A stretch of 64,000 nucleotides of DNA, taken from Mobula hypostoma (taxonomy: Eukaryota). The stretch lies in the NCBI RefSeq assembly GCF_963921235.1, contig NC_086097.1, positions 149,236,001 to 149,300,000 of the forward strand. The letters are read 5' to 3'. The position numbers were made by a program, and so were the translations under genes. This document shows, piece after piece, positions 13,030 to 25,489 of this stretch; positions within the stretch are counted from its first letter, which is position 1, and every line of letters begins with the position of its first letter. The notes beneath the pieces were generated by a model that searched no databases, was not told the DNA's origin, and worked only from the letters and a program-made list of their open reading frames with translations.

Positions 13030-15000
13030 TCATAACATCAACAACTCCTGCGTAGAGATCGTTAAGAGCACCAAATTTCTTGGTGTTCACCTGGCAGCGA
13101 ATCTCACCTGGTCCCTCAACACTAGTCCGAAGGAAAGAAAGCCCAGCAGCATCTCTACTTTCTGTGAAGGCTGAGAAAAGTCCATCTCCCCCCCCCCCCC
13201 ATCCTCACCACATTCTACAGAGGTTGTATTGAGAGCATCCTGAGCATCTGCATCACTGCCTGGTTCGGAAATTGCACCATCTCAGATTGCAAGACCCTAC
13301 AGCGGATAGTGAGGTCAGCTGAGAAGATCATCGGGGTCTCTCTTCCCGCCATTACAGACATTTACACCACACGCTGCATCCGTAAAGCAAACAGCATTAT
13401 AGAAACATAGAAAATAGATGCAGGAGTAGGCCATTCGGCCCTTCGAGCCTGCACCACCATTCAGTACGATCATGGCTGATCATCCAACTCAGAACCCTGT
13501 ACCTGCCTTCTCTCCATACCCCCTGATCCCTTTAGCCACAAGGGCCATATCTAACTCCCTCTTAAATATAGCCAATGAACTGGCCTCAACTGTTTCCTGT
13601 GGCAGAGAATTCCACAGATTCACCACTGTCTGTGTGAAGAAGTTTTTCCTCATCTCGGTCCTAAAAGACTTCCCCTTGATCCTCAAACTGTGACCCCTCG
13701 TTCTGGACTTCCCCAACATCAAGAACAATCTTCCTGCATCTAGCCTGTCCAATCCCTTTAGAATTTTATACGTTTCAATCAGATCCCCCCTCAATCTTCT
13801 AAATTCCAGAGAGTATAAGCCTAGTCGATCCAGTCTTTCATCATATGAAAGTCCTGCCATCCCAGGAATCAATCTGGTGAACCTCCTTTGTACTCCCTCT
13901 ACGGCACGGATGTCTTTCCTCAGATTAGGGGACCAAAACTGCACACAATACTCCAGGTGTGGTCTTACCAAGGCCTTGTACAACTGCCGTAGAACCTCCC
14001 TGCTCCTGTACTTGAATCCCCTTGCTATGAATGCCAGCATACCATTCGCCTTTTTCACCGCCTGCTGTACCTGCATGCCCACATTCAATGACTGGTGTAC
14101 AATGATACCCAGGTCTCGTTGCACCTCCCCTTTTCCTAATCGGCCACCATTCAGATAATAATCTGTTTTCCTGTTCTTGCCACCAAAAGTGGATAACCTC
14201 ACATTTATCCACATTAAATTGCATCTGCCATGAATTTGCCCACTCACCTAACCTATCCAAGTCACCCTGCATCCTCCTCACAGCTAACACTGCCACCCAG
14301 CTTCGTGTCATCCGCAAAGTTGGAGATGCTGCAGTTAATTCTCTCATCCAAGTCATTAATATATATTGTAAACGACTGGGGTCCCAGCAGTGAGCCTTGC
14401 GGTACCCCACTAGTCACTGCCTGCCATTCTGAAAAGGTCCCGTTTATTCCCACTCTTTGCTTCCTGTCTGCCAACCAATTCTCTATCCATATCAATACCT
14501 TACCCCCAATACCGTGTGCTTTAAGTTTGCACACTAGTCTCCTGTGTGGGACCTTGTCAAAAGCCTTTTGAAAATCCAATCTACCAAATCCAAATTATGA
14601 AGGACCCCATGCACCCCTCATACAAACACTTCTCCCTCCTGCCATTTGGCAAAAGGCACCGAAGTATTCAGGCTCTCACAACCAGACTGTGCAACAGTTT
14701 CTTCCCCCAAGCCATCAGACTCCTCAATACCCAGAACCTGGACTGACACCAACCGACTGCTCTCTACTGTGCCTATTGTCTTGTTTATTATTTATTGTAA
14801 TGCCTGCACTGTTTTGTGCACTTTATGCAGTACTGGGTAGGACTGTAGTCTAGTGTAGTTTTGTGTTGTTTTACGTAGTTCAGTGTAGTTTTTGTATTGT
14901 TCATGTAGCACCATGGTCCTGAAAAATGTTGTCTTGTTTTTACTGTGTACTGTACCAGCAGTTATGGTCGAAATGACAATAAAAAGTGACTTGACTTGAT
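13030..15000 (+). mobile_element. Rex1/Babar-type LINE 3' end, interrupted by a CR1 insertion
   Basis: VKSTKFLGVHL…NLTWS…KAQQHLYFL, resuming after the CR1 at about 14594 (IMKDPMHPSY..FSLLP.GKR..NSFFPQAIRLLN); tail aataaaaagtgacttgacttga. Confidence 0.8.
13401..14585 (-). mobile_element. Young 5'-truncated CR1 LINE
   Basis: ORFs 14262-14579 (DFQKAFDKVPH…SGVPQGSLLGP…FADDTKLGG) and 13489-14247; (TTCTATGT)-like tail; attat on both flanks. Confidence 0.93.
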
Positions 15001-15102
15001 GATGTTTTCACACTCTGTAATTTCAAAAATAAGTGCAAAATGAAATGTTATTGAAAATTGCAGACTTCATCCTAGTTGATGAATGCCTGGTTCCCTTATC
15101 TA

Positions 15103-15208
15103 GTTGGGATCATTCATGTGAAACTTCGACATGACAAAAGCAGATTTCATTTATACTTTGTATGTGATCTTCAAACAGGAGAAAGATGTTGAGAATCTCT
15201 ACTGATAG
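15103..15208 (+). pseudogene. Partial duplicate of the PLC-gamma penultimate-exon acceptor region (pseudo-exon)
   Basis: About 105 nt similar to 15973-16070, including cagatttcatttatact.tgtatgtgat.ttcaaacag|GAG. Reads EKDVENLY followed by TGA TAG. Confidence 0.8.
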
Positions 15209-16045
15209 GTGGTCCATGCTATCCATGGACAACAAGCATTAGCAAGCCTTTGTAGCAACTGTCACCCATGCTGCAGTGTCTCTTCATGGGGGTCTGCATG
15301 AGCATGTCCCAGTCAACCCCTGGAATCTCAGCTTTGATTGGCCCATTTGGCTATCTTTTAGACCCACCAAGGATCCCATTTTCATTCTAACAGCATCTAC
15401 CCCTCCCATCTGTTCCTGCTTCATCAAGCATGTAACTTAAATGAGTCACATACCTGATTAGCAAGACTAAACCAAATATTATCTTTTCATATTCCCCCAA
15501 TATTTGTCACCGAGAAAATCTACTAGAGCACTAAAATAACACCACAAAACTAAACACTTTACTAACACTACCCAGACTGCCACTCTTCCACTCCACATGA
15601 TCTCTGAACAGCTAATCCTTCTCCCTATCCCTCAACCTTAGCCCCAAATCCTGACCTATTCACCACAACAACCTCTAAGAAGTGTTATTCCACAATCTCC
15701 TGAATCTGGATCCAGAGTTAACCAATTTCCTTTTGAAACCCACAAAAGAAAGGTAGCCTTTTAAATTAGGTAGCCTATTTACACCCAATCATTAGCATTT
15801 GTGATTAATCATGGATTTAGACCAATTTTCCAGAGTCACAATGAAGTTTTCCTTGTAATTTAACACCCACAATAGCTCACTGTATCTTTATTGCATTTGC
15901 CTGAGGTCAAAAGAAAAGAATTTGGGTGACTTTTATCCTAAAGAATAGAGTTACATCTGAGAATGACACCTATTTGGGATCATTCATATAGGGCCTTGAC
16001 ATCAAACCAGATTTCATTTATACTCTGTATGTGATATTCAAACAG

Positions 16046-16230
16046 GAGGAAGATGACGAGAATCTGTACTCATCCATCCAGCAACTACGTGATCGGACAA
16101 GTGAGCTTTCTAGCCAGGTGTCAAGTTTTGAACGGAACAACAGCTGTGATTCCCGCTACCAGCAACGTTTGGATGAGCTACGTGTTGTGCAGGATCAGCT
16201 TATGGAGCTGACAGAAGCCCGCAACAAACG
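16046..16230 (+). CDS. PLCG1: Phospholipase C-gamma penultimate coding exon, C-terminal tail
   Basis: Acceptor attcaaacag, donor CG|gtaaac, 185 nt. Translates EEDDENLYSSIQQLRDRTSELSSQVSSFERNNSCDSRYQQRLDELRVVQDQLMELTEARNKR, including the SRYQQ motif of the PLCG1 tail. Confidence 0.9.
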
Positions 16231-17234
16231 GTAAACTGAGAAAATGTGTAGAGAATGAGATATGCTGGTTATCTACCTTAAGTACCACAAGAACACGTGC
16301 CCACAAAAATGAGGGCAAACCGTAATGAAAGAAACGCAACTGTGTGAGCAGATGCACAGAAGTGAAACGAATTACTCAAGTGTTGTTCTGGCAAAAAGCC
16401 AGTAATTAACACCATCAACCAAGTAACCACTTTCCAGAGACAAATAGAGTAGATGATGATTGGACATGTCGTCACCCAAGCACTACCCCCATCGCCTCCC
16501 CGCAATCGTGTGGCACATTTATCTGCGGCACTGTCACAGTTTGGACCATGCTGAGGACCGCCACTCCACTGCTCTTTGGTGAGATGAATTAGGCCCAGAG
16601 TGTCAACTGGGCCGCAGGCTACTGATTCTGAGGAGCCCATCTCCAAAATCATGCTGATGGTTTTTTACAGCTGGCTGGCATCAGAGGCATGTTGTTTCAA
16701 ATGTCACATATATATATACTTTAAAAAACTGAAATGGATTAGAACAACTGAAAAAATATAGTGCAGAATAATCCTGCCTTCCAGATTTTCTTTCCAATAA
16801 CTTCCTTACCACCTGGATTTGACTAACTTAACCTTGCTTATTGCTACTTCCTTTCTTAAGTAAAAGTACCACATTTATCCTTTTAACTGTTGTATGGAAC
16901 CTCACCTCTCAGCAAAATTTTAAACATTTCTGACAGCACTCTTCTCCTTTGCTTCTCGTGGCAGTCTAGGACACATCCCATCAGCTCCGGAGCTGACCAT
17001 TCTTGGTGCCCACAGTGGCAGGGTCAATGGAACCTCACAGTGCCAAAGACCAGGATTCAATCCTGATCTCAGGTGCTTTAAATGCAGAGTTTGCACGCGC
17101 TTCCTTTGATTACGTGGATTTTCCTTGAGTGCTCTGATTTCCTACCGCAAGTTCATCACTTTCAGGTTGGCAAGCTACAATTAGCTGAGTGCTGTAGGGT
17201 TTAGTGTGGAGCCCAACTGTTAACAATCAATATA

Positions 17235-17660
17235 CACTCAGTGGCCACTTTATTAGGTACACCTGTACACCTGCTCATAAATGCAAATATCTAATCAGCC
17301 AGTCATTTGGCAGCAACTCAAGGCGTAAAAGCATGCTGACATGTTCAAGAAACCTTCTGGGATTTTCATGCACCAGAGTCTGCAGAGAATGGTATGTACA
17401 ACAATAAAAAATGTTCTGTGGGTGAAAACACCTTGTTAATAAGAGAGGTCAGAGGAGAATGTCCAAACTGATCCAAGCTGACAGGAAATTGACGGTAATT
17501 CGAATAACCACACGTTACAACAGTGGCAGGAAGGCATCTCTGAATGCACAAGACATCGAACCTTGAAGCGGATGGGCTATAGCAGCAGCAGATCATAAAT
17601 ATATACTCAGTGGCTACTTTATGAGGTGCAGGAGGTACCTAATAAAGTGGCCACTGAGGG
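17235..17660. mobile_element. Non-autonomous Tc1/mariner element (MITE)
   Basis: TA|CACTCAGTGGCCACTTTATTAGGTAC…GTACCTAATAAAGTGGCCACTGAG terminal inverted repeats. A shorter related copy lies at about 39531-39735. Confidence 0.8.
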
Positions 17661-18455
17661 TGTATCTACATTTACTGATGATACAAAGCTAGAAGCACTT
17701 TGTATTTTGGTGAGAATGCAAGGAGGTATTGAGATATAGACAATCAAAATGAATAAACATAAAAAAGCACAGTACAGGAACAGGCCCTTCAGCCCACCAT
17801 GTCTGTGCCAATCATGATGCCAGTTTACTAATCCCATCTGACTGCACATGGTCTGTATACTCCTCTGTAGAGTGAAATAAACAGTCAGTGTTTGGGGCCA
17901 AGACCCTCCATCAAGCTACCTCACGCAGTTTTCCTGTGCCAGCCCCAATTCTGTTCTTTCTCATTTCCATAAAGCCACCGTCAAAAGCACTGACCTATTT
18001 CACATGGGTCAACAATCAAAAGATGCTGCCTGTCCAACAAGAAACACTGTCTGTGAAATGTGTGGGTCACATTTAGCACTCTTCAAGGGCAGCAAATTCC
18101 AACATTGATTTCTGAAACCAACAATGCACCAATGCAGTGAAATTTTTTCTGACTGGATTTGGCATAAGAGCTATATCCACACCAGTTCTGTGCATCAAAA
18201 CTGCCTCAAATTCAATGTTTAGACTAACGCCTTTAAGGTATAGGCCAACTCACTTTGCAGATGCGTACAAAACAAATTAGATAAAATCAGTTCTTTTGAA
18301 AAACCAACCTGAAATAATAATCTCTTTTGTCTCCTAGTATGTTGAGTAATTCAAGCATTTCATCCTTCTTTTAATTTTTCAAACGTGCGGTAGTTTACAT
18401 TTACATAACCTCAGTGATCTTTTATTTAGTTCCTCCCATTATTTTTCCTTTTTAG

Positions 18456-18516
18456 ACTCATAGAGAAGAAAAAGAGGGACAGACTACGGCAACAAATGGT
18501 GAACAAGAGGAACTAA
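18456..18516 (+). CDS. PLCG1: Phospholipase C-gamma terminal coding exon
   Basis: Strong polypyrimidine acceptor atttttcctttttag; phase 2 joins CG|A. Translates (R)LIEKKKRDRLRQQMVNKRN with TAA at 18514-18516. Confidence 0.87.
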
Positions 18517-19439
18517 AGATTCACATGACTCTGGCAGCGCTGAAGCTGCAGATCGCTAAGGTCTATCGGTTTCCATGGAAACCCTCTGCAGATTCGGCCT
18601 ACATTCAGGCAGTCCTGGCAAGATCCTGTAAGAAGTCCATTTAGCATATGGTGCAAGCTAGCCTAAGCTTGATGGAGATGATTTCAGAGACGAATGATTC
18701 AGCTCTGTGCCTTTTTAAAATTTTTTTTAATTTCCCTTTTCAACATGTTACATTCGCAGATGACTAATTATTTTTAAAAATGTGTCAATATTAAGGTCTT
18801 ATTGAGGAAAAAGTGCATTCTCATTAGATTTGAAAGCACCACGCAATTCTCGGCAGAGCAAAGCTCATGCAAGCATGGTGAAGTGCGGTAATAGTTTCTC
18901 TGCCTCATTTGTTGATTCAGCTCCGTACTGTCTATACTTCTGTCTGGATTTCTGTGTATGACACATTCTTTCCGTGTGTCACATTTAATTTCTATAATAC
19001 TTTCCTCATCATGCATTGTAGAATAATATCCCTGTTTTGAAATGCCAAGGGTGACCTGCCAGTATACAAAAACTGGTGATTTAATATACCAAGGAACTAT
19101 GCATATACAGCTGAGGATATTGCTGTTGGTTATCATTTTCTTCATCGGGAGGATTTGATCCAAGCATTAGAGCCTTTAGTCCTGGAATATCAGGGCACAG
19201 TCTGTACAGAAACAAGTGACAGTTTTTTTGAAAGAAACTTTTCAATCTGTTGTTTTGCTAAGTATCTCCCTTATGGGAGCATGTTTTTCTTTGTTTATTC
19301 CAGTTAAAAGTTCAACCACCCTATCCTGCCATCCGCTATTATGGTCATCAGGCTGGGGGTTGGTGGCAGACTCCTTTCCTGCCACAGTTGGTGCTCTCAG
19401 ACAGACTGCTGGGAGATGAGCAAGAATGGATTTTTTTTT

Positions 19440-19622
19440 AATAAAATTTTATTTTTCCAGGTTTCAACTGTACAAAATGAAAAAGGGTTTGTAATGCCCA
19501 GCACCCAGGTAGAACTGAGCACTAGCAATCATAAATAACAAATGTAAAGGAAACTATATAGCCCAGCATTTAAGTTGACATAAAATTACATGGCTACAAT
19601 GAGAACAAACAGACTCAATAAA
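19440..19622 (+). terminator. Candidate polyadenylation signals of the PLC-gamma gene
   Basis: AATAAA at 19440-19445 and 19617-19622 at the end of an apparently TE-free 3'UTR of about 1.1 kb. The second is followed by GT/T-rich sequence (tgtagtctgtgtttg). Confidence 0.55.
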
Positions 19623-20000
19623 CAATGTTAATACTTTACTGTAGTCTGTGTTTGCATTTACTTTCAATCTTCACCTTGTACAAAGATCTAAATGAGAGGA
19701 TGTTTACCTCATTCAGGTGACTCTGCTTAATACCAGGTGATGAGAATGGACAGAATATTGAATGAAGTTTTGCCAATATCAGTAATCTGAATTATTTGTT
19801 CGGGGAGTTGTTAGGCAGGTGCTCAGAGAACCTCCTGCTCTTCTTCGAGTCATGTCATGAGATTTCAAATATGCACAAAGACAAAACTGCAGATTTAGCT
19901 TCAATTATTAGTTCATTTGGAGATCAGCTCTTAAATACCACATTCACTCAGTTTCATCACAAACAGGAGAAAATCTGTAAATGCTGGAAATCTGAGCAAT

Positions 20001-20223
20001 ACACACAAAATGCTGTGGAAACACAGCAGGCCAGGCAGCATTTATGGAAAAGAGTAAACAGTCGAGGTTTCGGGCTGAGACCCTTCATCAGTCCTGATAA
20101 AGAGTTGCAGCCTGAAATGCAACTGTTGAGTCCTGATGAAGGGTCTCAGCCCGAAACCTCGACTATTTACTCTTTTCTATAGATGCTGCCTGGCCTGCTG
20201 AGTTCTTCCAGCATTTTGTGTGT
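20001..20223. repeat. Inverted repeat (arms about 91 bp) made of Penelope terminal sequence
   Basis: 20001-20091 is the reverse complement of 20133-20223 with a few mismatches; 41-nt spacer. Confidence 0.88.
20129..20164 (+). ncRNA. Minimal type I hammerhead ribozyme motif (Penelope-derived)
   Basis: AGTC-CTGATGA-A-GGG-TCTCAG-CCC-GAAA-CC-TC^GACT: stem I (AGTC/GACT), CUGANGA core, stem II, GAAA, UC cleavage site. Activity untested. Confidence 0.65.
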
Positions 20224-20225
20224 GT

Positions 20226-20645
20226 GGCTTCAATGTCTTCTATGCTCGCTTTGACCATCAAAACATTGAGGAACTATCACGAACTCTCACGTTCCCCGAT
20301 GATCCTATGATTTCAGTCTCTGAAGCTGATGTGAGAGCAGTTTTCAGGAGGGTGAACATATTTAAAACATTCATCCCCGATGGGGTACCTGACCAAGGAC
20401 CAAAGACCTGTGCTGATCAACAATCTGGTGTGTTCACTGAGATCTTTAACCTCTCACTTTGGCAGTGTGTGGTATCCAAATGCTTCAAGAAGGCTTCAAA
20501 TGTATCAGTGCCCAAGAAGAACGTGATCTGCCTCAATGACTATCGCCGAGTAGCACTTCCATCCACAGTGATGAAATGTTTTGAGAGGTTAGTGATGAAA
20601 CGTATCAACTCCTGCCTGAGAAGCGGCTTAGATCTGCTCCAATTT
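20226..20645 (+). mobile_element. Rex1/Babar-type LINE RT fragment
   Basis: NVFYARFD…PDGVP…KTCADQ..GVFTEIFNLSL…LNDYRRVALPSTVMKCFERLV. Confidence 0.85.
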
Positions 20646-20654
20646 ATAAAAATA

Positions 20655-21885
20655 AGATGGTGGGGGCCAGGAACTTGAAATCATTGAAAAGATCAAAAGT
20701 TGTGTGTCGTGTCACAAATGTAGGTAGGAAGGAATTGAACCAGGGTGGGATTAAACTGAGTTGAGGTAGTTCAGTGGGGCAGGAACAAGCAGAGATAATG
20801 AGTTTATCTGTACAGGCAGGTGTGTGGATCTTGGGTAGAAGGCAGAAACAGGAGATGCAGGGTGTGGGAACTATGAGGTTGGTGGCAGTGGATGGGAGAT
20901 CCTTAGAGACTATCCCCAGGGGGATAGGGTTCCATTTGTCCTCACCTCCACCCCACCAGCCTCCGCATCCAGCACATAATTCTTCATAACTTACAGGATC
21001 GCACCCCCAAGCACAGCTCCCCCCCCGACATCTTCTGTTTTCTGAAGGGATTACTCTCTATAGGACCCCCTTGTCCATTCGTGCTCCCCACTGATCTCTC
21101 TCCTGGCACTTACCCTTGCAAGCAGAACAGGTGATACACCTGCCTTTACACCTCCTCACTCACTACCATTCAGGGCCCCAAACGGTTCTTCCAAATAAGG
21201 TGACACCTCACCTGTGAGTCTGTTGGGGTCATCTACTGTATCTGGTGCTCCCGGTGTAGCCTCCTGTTTATTGGTGAGACCCACTGTAGATAGGGAGGTC
21301 ACTTCACCAAGCACCTACTCTCTGTCTGCCAGAAAAAGCGGGATCTCCCCATGACCACCCATTTTGATTCTATTTCCCATTTCCATTCTGACATGTCAGT
21401 CCATAGCCTCCTCTACTGCCACGACATGGCCACATTCAGGTTGGAGGAGCAACACTTTGTATTCCATCTGGGTAGCCTCTGAACTGATTACATGAACATC
21501 AATTTTGCAAACTTCCGATAATGACCCCCCTCCCCAGCCCACCGTTCAACATTTCCATTTCCCTCTATCTCCTTATCACCTTCCCTTGGGGCTCCTCCCC
21601 CCTCCATGGCCTGTCTTCTACTATCAGATTCCCCCTTCTCCAGCCCTTTATCTTTTTCCCCGTCAACTTCATGCTCTTTACTTCACCCCTCCTCCCTCCC
21701 AGTTTCACTTATCATCTACTACCTGGTATTTCTTCCTATCCTCCCCCCACCTTCTTGCTCTGAATTCTCATCTTTTTTCTCCAGTCCTGATGAAAGGTCT
21801 CGGCCCAAATCATCAACTGTTTACTCTTTTCCATAGATGCTGCCTGACCTGCTGAGTTCCTTCAGCATTTTGTGTGTGTTGCTTC
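20655..21885. mobile_element. Penelope-like element with a 5' inversion
   Basis: About 20655-20905 is RT sequence on the - strand (homologous to 25225-25460). About 20910-21885 is the GIY-YIG region and 3' terminal repeat on the + strand. Confidence 0.8.
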
Positions 21886-23456
21886 ACTCAGTTTGAATCT
21901 CACATTGAAGTGTAACCCGTAGTTCATGGCCCTAAGTAGTATGTCTCAGTATCCATTAACCATTAATCAAGGCAGTGTCAAAAACAGAACAAATGATCAT
22001 CAATTGAGGTTATTATTACATTGGTAATAATAGTGTAAAATGAGGTGTTGGCTCATGTCATCTGATAGGTTTAAAAATAACTGTCTGATGATTAAGTTTC
22101 CAGAACCAAAACAATAAGAGATCAATATAAAAATTTTTAGTCCAGATCTTGGTGACCTGATCCTCCCAACTGGACTAACATCCTGCAGTTCCTACACTTA
22201 CCTGAGCTAGATACAATGGACCCATCTAGCTGGGCCTATGCACACTGTGGGGTCTAGATGGTGACTGGGCTACAGGTGGCACAGTACCCAGAAGTCATTG
22301 ACAGAATGTAAAGCTGCAACTTTTCCTCTGTCAGAGCTGCCACTGATTTTAACAGCGTTTACTCCTCTGACATTCACACATTGAAAAGCTATTAGGAAAG
22401 GAATCAATAATTAAAATAGTAATAAAAACTAATGTAAATAAAATAGTTAAAGTAAAGACACACAATACATGAAAACATTAAGACAATATAATTTTGAAGA
22501 AGCTTGCCTTTCCTTTTGTCTCCTAACTTTAAGGCCAATAACAACAGATCATCAGGGAATTTGATCCTGAGCCAGTTCTCACCTGGCACAGCAGGATCGA
22601 TGTGAGAAGTCAAGCAATGGGGTGAGGTGTCAGACAAATTCTCTATCAGTTGATGAGTGCTTGATTTTCAATGATCCAACAACATATTTTCAGAAAACAA
22701 AGACTGGGTTCTATTTCAAGAGTTAAATGCCAGTGGTTCCATTTTTGAAATACTGACTATGGTCGGTGTTACTTGGCCCATTGGCTGAGACTGGCAGATT
22801 TTTGTTCAGTAAGGTAATTAGGGACACGTAATTTATATTAATGAAAAATAATCATAGTATAAAGGAACATACCTAAATTGCTGGAGGAACACAGCAAGTC
22901 AAGCAGCATCTATGTAGGGGAATAAACAGTTGACATTATAAGACAAGACGCTTTGTCAGAACTGGAAAGGAAGGGGCCAGAAGCCAGAATCATTTGAAAC
23001 CATGGTCTAAAGAAATGGCAAGAGCATCTCAAGTAGCCTAGGAACAATATTCATATGTAACAGCACACTATGAAAGAAGAGTAGGATGCAAGGAATCAGT
23101 TTTTCATTGCAAAATACTTCCAGCACTTTCATATGTAGAAAGCATCTCGATGTTTGATGGAGCCAGATGAGATCTACAAATGTACCTTCTGCTATTAAGA
23201 GAATAAAACCAGCTTCTAAACACTCATCCTACTGAAGAAACACGATGGATGAAAGTCATCTTTCAATGGAAGCTGAAGAACTTCTACTTTTCCCTACAAT
23301 TGATAATGTCACAATTGAAATGTTATAAGTTATATAATGTCAATGATTATTGATCGTAGAACAGTATTTGTTCACAACACAGAATGAGGCTATTCATCCC
23401 ATTGTCATTCTGACATCTGTCTGCTAAAGCAATCCAGAACTAATCCCATGTATTAC

Positions 23457-25489
23457 TTCAAGCAACACACATCAAAGTTGCTGGTGAACGCAGCAGGCCA
23501 GGCAGCATCTCTAGGAAGAGGTACAGTCAACGTGTCTGCCCGAGACCCTCCGTCAGGACTAACTGAAGGAAGAGCTAGTAAGAGATTTGAAAGTGGGAGG
23601 GGGAGGGGGAGATCCAAAATGATAGGAGAAGACAGGAGGGGGAGGGATGGAGCCAAGAGCTGGACAGGTAAAAGGGACATGAGAGGATCATGGGACAGGT
23701 GGCCCAGGGAGAAGGAAAAGGTGGGGGGAAAACCCGAGGATGGGCAAGGGGTATAGTCAGAGGGACAGAGGGAGAAAAAGGAGAGAGAGAGAAAGAATGT
23801 GTGTGTATAAATAAATAACGGATGGGATACGAGGGGGAGGTGGGGCATTAGCGGAAGTTAGAGAAGTCAATGTTCATGCCATCAGGTTGGAGGCTACCCG
23901 GACGGAATATAAGGTGTTGTTCCTCCAACCCAAGTGTGGCTTCATCTTTACAGTAGAGGAGGCCATGGATAGACATATCAGAATGGGAATGGGATGTGGA
24001 ATTAAAATGTGTGGCCACTAGGAGATCCTGCTTTCTCTGGTGGACAGAGCGTAGGTGTTCAGCAAAACGATCTCCCAGTCTGCGTCAGGTCTCGCCAATA
24101 TATAGAAGGCCACATCGGGAGCACCGGACGCAGTATATCACCCCAGCCAACTCACAGGTGAAGTGTCACCTCACCTGGAAGGATTGTCTAGGGCCCTGAA
24201 TGGTGGTAAGGGAGGAAGTGTAAGGGCATGTGTAGCACTTGTTCTGCTTACAAGGATAAGTGCCAGGAGGGAAATCAGTGGGGAGGGATGGGGGGGACGA
24301 ATGGACAAGGGAGTCGCGTAGGGAACGATCCCTGCAGAAAGCAGAGGGGGGAGGAGGGAAAGATGTGCTTAGTGGTGGGATCCCGTTGGAGGTGGCGGAA
24401 GTTACAGAGAATAATATGTTGGACCCAGAGGCCAGTGGGGTGGTAGGTGAGGACCAGGGGAACCCTATTCCTAGTGGGGTGGCGGGAGGATGGAGTGAGA
24501 GCAGATGTGCGTGAATGGGGGAGATGCGTTTAACAGCACAGTTGATGGTGGAGGAAGGGAAGCCCCTTTCTTTAAAAAAGGAGGACATCTCCCTCGCCCT
24601 GGAATGAAAAGCCTCATCCTGAGAGCAGATGCGGCGAAGACGGAGGAATTGCGAGAAGGGGATGGCATTTTTGCAAGAGACAGGGTGAGAAGAGGAATAG
24701 TCCAGATAGCTGTGAGAGTCAGTAGGCTTATAGTAGACATCAGTAGATAAGCTGTCTCCAGAGGTAGAGAGAGAAAGATCTAAAAGGGGGAGGGAGGTGT
24801 CAGAAATGGACCAGGTAAACTTGAGGGCAAGGTGAAAGTTGGAGGCAAAGTTAACGAAGTCAACGAGCTCAGCATGCGTGCAGGAAGCAGCGCCAATGCA
24901 GTCGTTGATGTAGCGAAGGAAAGGTGGGGGACAGATACCAGAATAAGTTTGGAACATAGATTGTTCCACAAAGCCAACAAAAAGACAGGCATAGCTAGGA
25001 CCCATACGGGTGCCCATAGCTACACCTTTAGTTTGGAGGAAGTGGGAGGAGCCAAAGGAGAAATTATTAAGAGCAAGGACTAATTCCACTAGACGGAGCA
25101 GAGTGGTGGTAGAGGGGAACTGATTAGGTCTGGAATCCATAAAGAAGTGGAGAGCTTTGAGACCTTCCTGATGGGGGATGGAAGTATATAGGGACTGGAC
25201 ATCCATGGTGAAAATAAAGCGGTTGGGACCAGGGAACTTAAAATCATCAAAAAGTTTAAGAGCGTGAGAAGTGTCACGAACATAGGTCGGAAGGGATTGA
25301 ACAAGGGGGTATAAAACCATGTCGAGGTATGCAGAAACGAGTTCAGTGGGGCAGGAGCAAGCTGAGACAATAGGTCTGCCAGGACAGGCAGGTTTGTGGA
25401 TCTTGTGGAAGTGCAAGGTGTGGGAACTATAAGGTTGGTAGCAGTGGATGGGAGATCCCCTGAGCGGATAAAGTCGGTGATGGTGTGGG
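23457..25489 (-). mobile_element. Penelope-like retroelement, 5'-truncated (RT plus GIY-YIG endonuclease)
   Basis: 416-aa ORF with KIHK..PGRPIVS, TMDVQSLYTSIP, GVAMGTRMGPSYA, FLRYIND, DVYYKPTDSHSYL. Continues through TGA stops into VIYCVRCSRCGLLYIGET…MNIDFSNFR (stop about 23848); pyrimidine-rich 3'UTR and terminal repeat. Confidence 0.95.

Noticed and set aside
13187..13200. Poly-C runs (also near 6098, 30740, 40425, 44850 and 45409) as functional G-quadruplexes
   Set aside because: Simple homopolymers, several inside TEs, with unreliable lengths in assemblies.
16592..16613. Hairpin ggcccag-agtgtcaa-ctgggcc as an iron-responsive element
   Set aside because: The loop is not CAGUGN, there is no bulged C, it is intronic, and a 7-bp stem is expected by chance.
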